Origin: Massalongia carnosa
Lineage: Eukaryota
Length of the DNA: 64,000 nucleotides
Direction of reading: 5' to 3'
Assembly (NCBI GenBank): GCA_965645245.1
Contig: OZ287086.1
Coordinates: forward strand, 1,054,001 to 1,118,000
Each line of letters begins with the position of its first letter. Positions within the stretch are counted from its first letter, which is position 1. Under the pieces are notes generated by a model. That model had not been told where the DNA came from. It ran no database searches and saw only the letters and a program-made list of their open reading frames with translations. Below are positions 1 to 10,542 of this stretch, one piece after another. Made by a program: the position numbers and the translations under genes.

Positions 1-83
1 CATCTTAATCGACAACAAAACTAAAGCTGAGACGAGCAATTACAATACATCAAGTCCTGACATCTATTCCTATCATCATCATT

Positions 84-470
84 ATGTCAGTTCGGTACGT
101 TGACAGTATTGAGGTTCTGCCTCAAGATTCCAAAGCGTTTGAGCAAGGACTGAGGTTGACAGAAAAATCTTCACTGATCTATGTTAATAATTGGCGGGCG
201 ATTCACAGAGATAAAGTGGAAGCGACATCATCAGAAGATCATGATCAAGCATTGCAGCTACTGCTGAAGATAGGAGTCAACGTGAACGCTCAAGGTGCTG
301 ACGGCGTCATCTAATGATCATGATCGAGTGATGCAGATACTGCTCGACAAAGAGGCTAATCCCAACGCTCAATGTGATATGACAGCGCATTACAGGCTGT
401 ATCTGCGGAAGATCATGACAAAGTAATGCAAATGTTACTTGCTGCTGATGCAATAGATTAGAAACATAGC
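84..470 (+). pseudogene. Degenerate ankyrin-repeat coding remnant
   Basis: Broken frames give ankyrin-like segments (HDQALQLLLKIGVNVNAQG; DHDRVMQILLDKEANPNAQ; ALQAVSAEDHDKVMQMLL) interrupted by stops and frameshifts. Confidence 0.6.
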
Positions 471-1199
471 ACGGATGTGACGAGCTTACTACTGATCTAG
501 CGATATAATGGCACGCGGTGAACCAAAAAAATCCGCACATTCGCTCATAAGCGAAAATCTTCAAGTTTGATAGCTACCGTCTAACTCGTCAAAACCATCA
601 CATTCTTGTCTATCTAGAGTTGGGCTGCTTCCTGCCATTCGCAGCACGCCGGCGCTCTGCGATCAGGGATGCTCGGCTCAGGAGGTCCAGCTTACTCGCT
701 AGAATGCTAGCCCCTAGTGCGAGTGGCAGAGAAACTCTCAACCCCCAAAACTAAATGACCCGCTAGCGGTACCGTTCCGACTGATGCTGGCCCGACTGAT
801 GTTCCTTCGACCAAGGCTCAACCAGGCGAGGATAAAGGGCGCTGAAAACGTATGGATTTGTTGATAACTTAATCTGAACTGGACTGAATATAAAGCTTGT
901 ATGCATTCGATTTCCATCGTCCTGTTAGATAGTAAGGACTAACATCTAACATCCATCTAGTTGTTAGATAATAAGTGTTAGATGGTAAGGACTGTTAGAC
1001 TACCATCATGGGCATCCATCTGGTGCTTATCTTCGGTGACCCTACCACAGGGGCCGAAGTGACCTCCGGGGACAGAAAATCAGTGGACCAGCTGACTCCC
1101 TATGAAAGGGGGTCGCCGGAAAGTCTTCAATGTGACTGCTATATAATGAGTAGATAGCTCACATATAATCCACACCTTCAATGACAAGCATGCTATTAT

Positions 1200-2150
1200 A
1201 CCTACAAAGTGAATCTATATTTTCATACGTCCAAGTTGCTATATTTATTCTTTAGAAATTCCGTTTATTCAGCCGTGATTGCTGCTCTTCTTCTTCTGAA
1301 CGTCTGGAAATTTTTCATTTTATGCCTAGCTAATTAATATCTGATTAGAGCTGGATGATGAGATACAGTTTTCTAAGAGAGCCGCCTTTTGAAGAAAATA
1401 AGAGGCTAGAAGAAGGCCGTGGAAATCGGATGAACAAGTTTCGGAGAGAGGAAATTGCGCAAGTTTCATCGTTTGATGATGCTGCCACCGTAAGCGTTAC
1501 GCCTTTTCTGACTCGATCAGTTTCGAAGCAAGAGCTTATTAAACTGAATACTTGCTGATTGTCTTGTTCATTGTCATGACGCCAATTCAGGATTCTGAAG
1601 ATCTTTATTTAAGCAGGAGAACTTTCCTGCTCGGAGAAAAGTTGCAAAAGTCAAACAGTAAGCGGCGCGTATCACTGCTTGTGATTCAACTGTTAAATCA
1701 AGCTATGACACTAGTTGTAAAAGAAAATTCTTTGTGATAGGAAGACGCTCGCGAATGTCTTCTTCCCCTCGTCTTCTTCTGATGCCTGTGATCAGTCTCT
1801 GAAGTAAAGAATGATAAAAGATTGCCAGATCTTCTACACCAAATCAATTAATATAGATCTAAGCCCGGCAAGGTAATCCTTAAGGGTTTTAGAAGCAATT
1901 CTCTGTTTGACTAGCTCGGTGATTTATGAAGCTATTCTTTGCAAGATAACAGGAAAATTGGAAAAAGTCTTGTTGACTTGACCATGAATCTCGTAGCTTC
2001 TTCTAGCTGAGGAATTAAAATCTCAAGTCCTAGTTGATAAATCCAATCGAATCAGATTGACTATTTGTCAAATGAGGTCTGGGTATGAAGGTTGGAGGAG
2101 GATCTCGAATTAAGGTATTGCTAATATCTGGAAATGAGAATATCAGTCAG
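1200..2150 (-). pseudogene. Degenerate tyrosine recombinase of a DIRS/Ngaro-type YR retroelement
   Basis: Manual minus-strand translation gives KTLKDYLAGLRS (~1855-1890), TFATFLRAGKF (FLRxGEF motif, ~1620-1650), KTDRVRKGVTLTVAA..ETCAISSLRNLF (~1430-1525) and an FRR..AA relic (~1280-1300). Many stops and frameshifts; ends approximate. Confidence 0.65.
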
Positions 2151-2198
2151 CAATCTTTTGTAAATTCCCTCGAGACAACATGTCAGCAGTTGCATTAT

Positions 2199-2470
2199 TG
2201 TAAAGGGGTACGAGACCAGTAAGCTAATCACGAGCGACACTGATCTCGAAATGGGAAATGCTCAGCGTGAGAGGTGGAAGATAGCTACTACGTGCTGGTC
2301 TCCGAGAGTATACGTGATCCAAAGAACTAATGGATGTGAAAGTGCTTAGACCAAGAGATCTCGTCCGAGACCCAAACGTAGTAGCTATCTTCCACCTCTC
2401 ACGCTGAGCATTTCCCATTTCGAGATCAGTGTCGCTCGTGATTAGCTTACTGGTCTCGTACCCCATTACA
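2199..2470. repeat. Fold-back inverted repeat formed from the LTR 3' end (~93 bp arms, ~85 bp spacer)
   Basis: 2199-2292 is the reverse complement of 2378-2470 (one mismatch seen). 2199-2378 is the reverse complement of 33901-34078. Confidence 0.9.
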
Positions 2471-2560
2471 ATTCTAATTGCTCTCATACCCTACGGGTCA
2501 GCCAGCCCGTTTGGAGGAAGCTTAGCTAGTGGAGCCATCTGTTTTTGAACTCCGCAAACG

Positions 2561-3688
2561 ATGTCATCAAACTCTCGCCCTCGCAGGAACGTTCGGCAAG
2601 GTCCAACAAGATCTCCCCAGGCGGAAGAGTCACCGACACCAAGCACTGAGGAAGCTACGGGCCCTGCTAAATACACAGAGGAAGATCTGCAGAGAATCAC
2701 AAAGCTCTGCATGGAGTCGTTCCTCCAGGCACAAGGTAGTCGACATGAAGGCCCCCGAGAAGGTCAGTTGAAAGCTCGGTTCCTGGATCTCTACTATGGA
2801 AAGTCCCATATGGAGTGTTACCATTTCTGCCAACAATGCGAAGACCACTTTGACACCGCCGGCGCCACCGGGTCAAACAGTACACCCTTTGCCGCATCTT
2901 TCCTTCGTGGCCGGATTAGCTTTCGTTGGCACCAGCACAAACGTCGAAGCCAAGGCGAAGAGGTAGGACCTTTGTCTTGGACCGAGTTCAAGGCTTTCCT
3001 TCGGAAGAATCTTGGAGATTCCAGGGCTTTTGTGGACGCAACCTGGAGTAGGATCAAGCGAGACTCCCAGTATCAACAAGAAGAAGTTCAGGATTGGGCT
3101 TCTCACCTGGAACATCTGCAATCGATACTCCTGAAGTTTGATGCTGAGGGAGCTCTAGAGTCGGACCTTATCCGGTTCTTTCGTGAAGGCCTCAAGCCTT
3201 CGATAAAGGCCCAGATGGAACAACGAGGAAGGGAACTAGACAGTTGGGAGGAGCTGGTCGAAAAAGCGATCGATGCTGAGGCAAAAGCTAGCCTGCAGCC
3301 GCAATCGATCCTTCGTAAGATGGATCAGCGTTGTCCACATGGAAACCGGCCCGCTCATGCCACTGTGGCCAAACCCCAGACCTCTACTCGAGACCCTCGA
3401 GACGAGCCTAGCGAAAAGCCCAAACCGTCGGGTCCGAAGCAATCAAACTCCTCGCGCCTAGAGAAGAGCGGAGTTGCTGACAAGACAGCTCGGAGAGAAA
3501 AGTAAAGGCAGCGACGTCTTGATCATGGTCGAGATCGGAAAGGCTCGGAGTCGACTCCGGCCACCGGTGCCAACACTTCCAGCGGCACCAGCAAGGACTT
3601 TTCCCAAATCACCTGCTTCAACTGCAACAAGAAGGGACACTACTCAAGTACTTGTCGCGAGTCCAAGAAGGACGCCTCAAAAAACTAG
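2561..3688 (+). pseudogene. gag: Gypsy Gag with premature stop and C-terminal CCHC knuckle
   Basis: 314-aa ORF stops at 3505, but the same frame continues to CFNCNKKGHYSSTC and ends at tca-aaa-aac-tag (A AAA AAC slippery heptamer, 3679-3685). Confidence 0.85.
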
Positions 3689-5361
3689 TATCGGTCCTGG
3701 CAACCTCCGCGCCTCCGACTGAAACTAGTAAGGAGGCTAATCTTGAGCGGGTTCCTTGTATTAGATATCCGGTCCGTTTGAGGAAGGATCAAGACGAGAT
3801 ACAGGCTTTGATAGATTCGGGCAGCGAGGTCAACGCAATGCACCCCGCTTATGCCGCGAAACTAGGCCTTCGTGTTAGGGAAACAGATTTTGGGGCGCAA
3901 AAGATTGATGGATCTCACCTGGATACCTTCGGTATGGTTATCGCAGGGTTCGCGGTCAAGGACAAGCTAGGGAAGGTTCGATTCTTCCAGGAAACCTTCT
4001 TGTTGGCTAATATTAGCCTGGAGGTGGTCCTGGGGATGCCTTTTCTTACACTCAGCAGTGTGGATATACGATTCGCAGAGCGAGAGCTCGCCTGGAGAAC
4101 CTACACAGCTGCCGAGGCTTTACCAACAACCAGACGTGTAGAGATCATCGATAAGGAAGAATCCGCGGCGGCGGTCCTTGGAGGAGACGACGAGGCATAT
4201 GTGGTGCATGTAATGGCCGTAAGCAAGCCATCGTCCATGCCGATCCACGCCTCTCGTCAGGCCCAAGTAGCCTCGTTAGTGAGCGAGGAGGCCAAGATCC
4301 CCGTTGAATATTCCGACTTCTCTGACGTCTTCTCCCCTGACTCCGCAGTAGAGCTACCGGAGCACACCGGCATTAACGACCATCCTATCGACCTAGTAGA
4401 TGGTAAGCAGCCACCTTATGGCCCAATCTACAGCCTAGGTCCTGTGGAACTAGAGACACTGAAAACCTATATCGAAACCAACCTAGCCAGCGGTTTTATT
4501 AGGCCTTCCCAGTCTCCGGCTGGTGCTCCGATACTGTTCATCCGCAAGAAGGACGGTAGTCTCCGCCTGTGTGTGGATTATGGAGGACTCAATACCCTGA
4601 CGATCAAGATTCGGTACCCGTTGCCCTTGATCGGAGAGTCGCTTGATCGACTAGGTCGTGCCAAGCGATTTACCCATCTGGATCTCACGAATGCGTATCA
4701 TCGGATGCGAATTCGAGAAGGTGACGAATGGAAGACGGCCTTCAGGACTCGATATGGCCACTTCGAGTATCAGGTTATGCCCTTCGGCCTTTCCAACGCC
4801 CCAGCTAGTTTCCAGGGTTATATCAACAAAATTCTAGCAGAGAAACTCGACATCTTCGTCATCGTATACTTGGATGACATCCTGATCTATACCGAGGACT
4901 CAGGCCAAGGCCACGTTGAGGCTGTTAAGTGGGTCTTGGAGAACCTCCAAAAAAACGGACATTTTGCCAATCTAAAGAAGTGCCGTTTTCATCAGGATGA
5001 GGTTCGCTTCCTAGGCTACGTTGTCTCTGGCCAAGGAATTCGTATGGAAGAGGAAAGGACTGAAGCTGTCAAGAACTGGCCAGAACCCAAGTTAGTACGA
5101 GACGTCCAGGTGTTTATGGGATTCGCCAACTTCTACCGGCGGTTCATCCGGGGGTTCAGCAAGATTGCTGCTCCACTCACCTCGATGCTCAAAACAAACT
5201 TGGTAGCCAACACTGGGCCATCCCTAAAGGCAAGGCGCGGAGAGGAAGAATGTTGTTTCCTAACTCCTGCCGCTAAGTTAGCCTTCGCCCAATTAAAGCA
5301 GGCGTTCACTAAAGCACCGATCCTCCGACATTATTGCTACGTTGGTAGTGATGTCGGCTGA
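3679..5361 (+). pseudogene. pol: Gypsy Pol (aspartic protease + RT), truncated before RNase H/integrase
   Basis: ALIDSGSEVN protease motif; RT motifs LRLCVDY, MPFGLSNAPASFQ, YLDD. Ends at TKAPILRH, then runs into LTR sequence. Confidence 0.9.
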
Positions 5362-5659
5362 ATGAACCTACATGACCTTGTAGTCTAGACCTTGTGTCTA
5401 GAGGCAGGTACGCAGTGTGGATAGAGATTCAGTCGGAGGTAACCTTCCATCGCTACGTTGGTAGTGGTGATGGCGAAATGAAGCTACATAGCCTCGGCGT
5501 CTAGACTTTATGTTTAGAGGCAGGCTAGCAATGTAGTGAGGGATCTAGCCGGAGGTAGATATTTTACGCTTAATCGGGTAAGGCGGCTTGGTATTTTAAC
5601 ATATTCTCATCGTGCTTGCACAGCGAACTTAGTAAGCAAAGCCTAACTATAAAAATTAG

Positions 5660-5751
5660 ACTTTTAGGCTAAGTGAGTTAGCGCCGAGTTAACCGGAAAA
5701 GGTTAATAAAGGCGAAGGCTGAGCCACAGCTCGTCTGAGGTACTGAGGCAA
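5660..5751 (+). repeat. Isolated terminus related to the Academ-like TIR family
   Basis: gtctgaggtactgaggcaa at 5733-5751 matches 34750-34768 and, without the first g, 34079-34096. Confidence 0.55.
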
Positions 5752-6117
5752 ACGACCAGGGTCAAGCAGGGCGTCGGTTTTGCACGGCGATCTTACGCTT
5801 CACAGCACATCAAATCAGACAATTCAGGCACGGGTCTACTCGTTGAAGGATGCTCTATTTAACGGTTTAAATTACTTCAAAATAAGAATTTTTATCGCTG
5901 CGCGAGACAATTTGGCGTGACAAGAAGAAATCACTGGATTTAGGATTTTAAACGCCGTCAAGTCTAACGTTAAGTGTGGCTTGTCTCACGTGTTTCAGAC
6001 GTGTACGGCTTAGCCTCGATAAGATACCTTGTATCCTTCGTTCCTTAATAACAGGAAATCTGCCTGTATGTTTTCTGATCTATGAGAGAACTTTAAGCTG
6101 AAGCGAATTGTGATTTC

Positions 6118-8309
6118 ATGATGGCCGAGACATTACAATGGACATCTGCAGATAAGGTGATCGCTGTTTTGGGCCCAACAGGCGCAGGAAAATCATACTT
6201 TGTGCGAGCCGCGACCGGCGATAATTCAGTTGAGGCGGGCGATACTTTGACATCTGGTCAGTCTCATAGATGATCTTACGCAGGCTGTATCTAACATCAA
6301 CGAGTGACACACTCAATCAGTGCTCATCGCGTTCAGATCGATAATCAGCAAGTGGTTCTCTTGGATACGCCCGGGTTTGACGACACGTTTAGAAGTGATG
6401 CCGAAATTCTCATAAAGATTGCACAATGGCTCGCCGCCAGTTATGTTGAAACACATCAATTAACGGGGATCATATACCTTCACCGGATTTCGGATGTCCG
6501 AATTGGGGGCAGTGCCAGGCGAAACCTGACCATGCTTAGAAAGCTGGCTGGAGATGATGCTTTACATAATGTGACTTTTATCACGAACAGGTGGGATCAG
6601 GTTGAAGAAAGCCATGGTGCGGCGAGGGAAAGGGAATTGGTTGATAACCCTAACTTTTGGGGCGGAATGGTAAGACTTGGGAGCACTGTTGCTCGCTTTG
6701 ACGGGACCACCGAAGGAACTTACACCATAATTCGATCGCTTTTGAACAGGATCATGAGACCATTGAATATTCAGAAAGAAATGATCGATGATCACCTTCA
6801 ATTAGCTGATACTGAGGCAGGAAAAGAAGTTCTTGCGAATATTTCCGAGCTCAAACTTCAGCATCAGAGAGAGATAAGTGAGTTACGTTCACTAATGGAA
6901 GAAACTCGACAACAAAACGATAAAGCAGCTTCCATGGAAGTTGCTGAACTGTCAAGAGAATACGATCGCAAACTGGCGTTGACGCAAACCCAAATTGACA
7001 AACTTCAATCCCGAAATCCTGAGATAGAGGCACTTCAAATCCGGTACGAGCAAGAAATGCTGAGGTTCAAGGATTCAATGGAAGCTCGAATGCGGTTTCT
7101 CGAAGAACAGGCAAGCGATCCTCCACCCGCTTACGCGGAGGCGGGAATGACTTCAGATGAAGATGTGCGCGGTCCATCACAATCTATCATGTTCCGTCTC
7201 TGGACTCTTTTCATTTGTTTTAGGAAATTCTATCAAAGAATATTAAGGCCTAAGGTACCTCCAGGCTATCGAAGACTGGAATGGGCCTGTGTATGTTTCC
7301 TACTTCGTATCTAGTGTTATGCTGATCGTTTTAGAGTTGCGGAGAATTGCTTTACGGAGACTATAAAGAATGTTCTCTTGGATCACTCGACAAACTGGCC
7401 GCGAGACTACAAAAACATTCTGGCAGTGGACCAGGCTATACATCGTCCCACCCATCATCTGGATCGCCATCAAACATGACTCCGCCACCGAAAGTGCATT
7501 TGAGGCGTTCAAATCATCCTATGAACTGGAACCTCCCTGGCAACGGAAATCAAGGGGATTCAAGTGAATCAGTACATCAAGCATCTAGTGAGAGAGCTTC
7601 CCACCCTCTAACTCCCGTAAGAGAATCTATCCAGTTATGCATAGAAACCGGCAAATACTCCTTGGAGCTTGAGGAACTCGAGTTAAATGGGCCACAAAGT
7701 GATGGCATACTGTTTCAAAGAATTAGAGAGAGGTATGAGCATACACGTCCTTCCATCCTGCCTATGAGACTTCGTTTCAGCAAACCTGAGAGGGCTATAT
7801 TGGTAAAAGTGAGTCTCGCTCTTGGGTAGTAATGCTGTTCTTTTTTAAAATATTCGGTATAGTTCAGGCTTAACAAACGCCCATTCGTATCTCCAATAGC
7901 GGGCTCTATTGACGCGCCTTCGATACCTCCTAAAGAGGAAGTCATCGCGGGAAACTATAACTATGACCCATGTCCTATAGATGAACCTTCTATTGATAAC
8001 CGGACCTTCTTTCATCATTATTATCGTCCGGCCTCGTTACATCCAGACATGATGTGGGGTCCGCGACTCCCAAGAAAGCTTGGCCCAGGTCTTTCACCAA
8101 TGACTCAAGGTTGGGGCATCCATCTCGAAGAACGCGCAGATTGGCCTCTCTTTGCCGCTCTGAACTTCATATCCCTACTCGCAAGCGGCGCGATTGCTGG
8201 AATATATTCCTGGAAGACGAAAGACACACAAACTGGCGTTGCGATTGGAGCTTGGCTTACAGCAGTTCAAACGATGGGCTTGACGGCAGTATATTTTTGG
8301 TGGACATGA
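6118..8309 (+). CDS. P-loop GTPase (G domain) + coiled coil + C-terminal WxCxCG/transmembrane domain; 4 exons, ~681 aa
   Basis: Exons 6118-6256, 6305-7290, 7335-7808 and 7863-8309 join in frame across GT-AG introns. G1 GPTGAGKS, G3 DTPGFDD, G4-like TNRWD; LEWACSCG across intron 2; LPRK..GWGI followed by two hydrophobic helices. Confidence 0.85.
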
Positions 8310-8731
8310 AGCTGTAATTGCCAGATTTGAAAGGGGAGAACAGAACTACAGAGAAGGCATATTTTATTATCGACAAAGTATGATTAATATAAGACAGTTT
8401 AAATTCGTTAATTATTATAACAAGATTCTGTGTAGAATTAATCACAACATAAAATCAAATTATATTTGTCGATGTAAAGTTTTAAGTTTACAAGATCGTT
8501 AAAATTGAAACAATCTAATTATTCTCAATTCTGTTACGAAGTCAATATACACTCGTTTGCAAAATGCTGTGACAAACTTTGAATCCCGAAACGGCGCGGT
8601 AAAAAAAAAAAAAAATTACATATCAGAATTTGATGCAGTAATTAATTACTCTTCTTTTCTTGACATCGCCTTTTGTAGTCTATACGATAAATGTTAAGTA
8701 ATATTTTTGTTATATCCAATTCCTACTAGCA

Positions 8732-8904
8732 TGTCAGGGTCCTGAGGTCACCTGACATCAGACTAGCATCGATTAGGTAATGTGCCGAGGAACCGACTTT
8801 TCAGGGGTTATATAGAACTCCGCCCGAGTAAAGCTTTTAGACTTCGTCTGAAGATTTTGGTGTAGAACTAGGCTATTGAAATTGAACTCGTTTTATCCCT
8901 CACA
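8732..8904 (+). repeat. 5' LTR of chromovirus
   Basis: Direct repeat of 14610-14782. Confidence 0.95.
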
Positions 8905-8949
8905 CAATCTTCAGACCTACAATCAGAATCATTAGGCTAATCAGAAAAC

Positions 8950-10542
8950 ATGAACTCATTAGAATCATCCAGCAGAGATGTCGCTCCCTCGGGGCCGGCC
9001 TTCAACACTAGAGCTCGCTCCATGTCGCGACAATCGACACAGAGCATACCAGGCGAATATGAACCCGCCGACGAAGAGGTGGGAAATGACACTGTTTTGC
9101 CGACAAACAAAGACAAAGGCAGGGAACCGAAGATCGAGGCCCCGACCTCAGAACCGAAAATCGACATAAGCAATTATGCCATTTATCGAAGTCTGACGGA
9201 AAGCAATCCGTCGAATTCAGCTATGATCATCAAGGTGGCCAATCGAGAAGAGTTGAGAAGGGCCCTCGTCCTAAAGGGAGACGGCGACATATGGTACACT
9301 GTTCTAGCCGGCACGCTCCTACAACATGAGGTCTTGATCGAGAAATATCAGGACTTGAAAAAAAGAAACAAAGATCTAAAAGGTCTACAGGCAGAATGGA
9401 CCCGAATGATAAAGAGCTGGGATCACGAGAGACTAGTATTTGAGGAGGATATCGCGGCTGAAAAATTGGAGACTCAGAAGGTCAAAGCGGAAAACTCGGA
9501 CCTCATTCGTGAAATATCAGAGATGAAACGTCTAGCTCGCGAAGCTACTCAGACGTCGACCTCATCGACTGGTCAAACTGAAGATCAATCCGCCGTCGCT
9601 GCCCCCTTAAGCAATTATCGACCCAAAGGCACCAACCCGAAGGAGGCCCTCGACGGTTCCAACTCAGACGCCTATAGTGCATGGGCGTTTACGGTGGAAA
9701 GAAAAATCAGAACCGACTCCCCAATGTACACTAGTGAGGAGTTGAAAATCGACTACGCCTTATCGCAGATGAAGGATCCCATTTTCGACGCCATACACAC
9801 CTGGGTAGTGGATGCCGGTCCCACTCTCTCTTTGAATACGTTCTTCAAGGAAATTGAGAGCTATCTCGGGATAGCATATTTGACAAAGGACGCGAAGAAG
9901 GAATTGAAAGAAATAAGCATGAACAAAGATGAAACGGTGACTGAATACTATCATCGAATGTTCAAACTCTGGCAACGTGCAAAAACCCCCGCGGATGAGA
10001 GAATTGAGACGTTCAAGGACACCCTGCGGCCGAACATCGCGCTGTCTCTATTGGGACGGGACTTCATCAGTCTAGAAACCCTCTTGCATGAAGCCAGGAA
10101 AATCGAACAGGGAAGAAAGGAGATGAATCAGAAGTACGCGAAGTCGGAATCTCAGAAGCCCGCGAAAACGACGACTTCTCCTTCTTCTTCCGTCGGTCGT
10201 GGTTTAAACAAAACCACGACCGCCACCTCCAGTACCTCGATCACAGTCAAACCAAAAGCGACTACGACCAACTCCGCCATCTCCGCCAACCCGAACTCGA
10301 AATTCGGACAGGTCTCGACCAGACCGGAAGGATGGGTAGGAGCTTGGTACGAGGGGACGCTTCACCCGCCCAAGTTGGAGGACGGGGAACGAGAGACTCT
10401 GTCACGACAGGGCCGATGTTGGTCGTGCAGAGGATCAGGGCATAGGGGCCGAGACCCCTGTTGCATTAGGCAAGCAGTGAATCTCAGTAGAGCCGCCATT
10501 CGAGAAGACTCATCCGAGTCCGAGGACTCGGAAAAAGAATGA
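8950..10542 (+). CDS. gag: Gag polyprotein
   Basis: 530-aa ORF directly after the LTR; ETVTEYY capsid-like motif; CWSCRGSGH..C zinc knuckle. Confidence 0.9.
   Translation: MNSLESSSRDVAPSGPAFNTRARSMSRQSTQSIPGEYEPADEEVGNDTVLPTNKDKGREPKIEAPTSEPKIDISNYAIYRSLTESNPSNSAMIIKVANREELRRALVLKGDGDIWYTVLAGTLLQHEVLIEKYQDLKKRNKDLKGLQAEWTRMIKSWDHERLVFEEDIAAEKLETQKVKAENSDLIREISEMKRLAREATQTSTSSTGQTEDQSAVAAPLSNYRPKGTNPKEALDGSNSDAYSAWAFTVERKIRTDSPMYTSEELKIDYALSQMKDPIFDAIHTWVVDAGPTLSLNTFFKEIESYLGIAYLTKDAKKELKEISMNKDETVTEYYHRMFKLWQRAKTPADERIETFKDTLRPNIALSLLGRDFISLETLLHEARKIEQGRKEMNQKYAKSESQKPAKTTTSPSSSVGRGLNKTTTATSSTSITVKPKATTTNSAISANPNSKFGQVSTRPEGWVGAWYEGTLHPPKLEDGERETLSRQGRCWSCRGSGHRGRDPCCIRQAVNLSRAAIREDSSESEDSEKE

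Larger units (their letters stand above)
2199..5558 (+). mobile_element. Rearranged, internally deleted Ty3/Gypsy LTR retrotransposon
   Basis: End of the 5' LTR (...ccccattaca, 2470), gag, protease-RT truncated before RNase H, then joined to an internal 3' LTR fragment (5331-5558 matches 33423-33650). Confidence 0.9.

Noticed and set aside
1200..2150. Starship captain (DUF3435)
   Set aside because: Size and motifs (FLRxG, KTD..GV, FRR.AA) fit small DIRS/Ngaro-type recombinases.
3503..3505. Programmed readthrough in the first Gypsy gag
   Set aside because: No CARYYA context, and the element has other lesions; a nonsense mutation is simpler.
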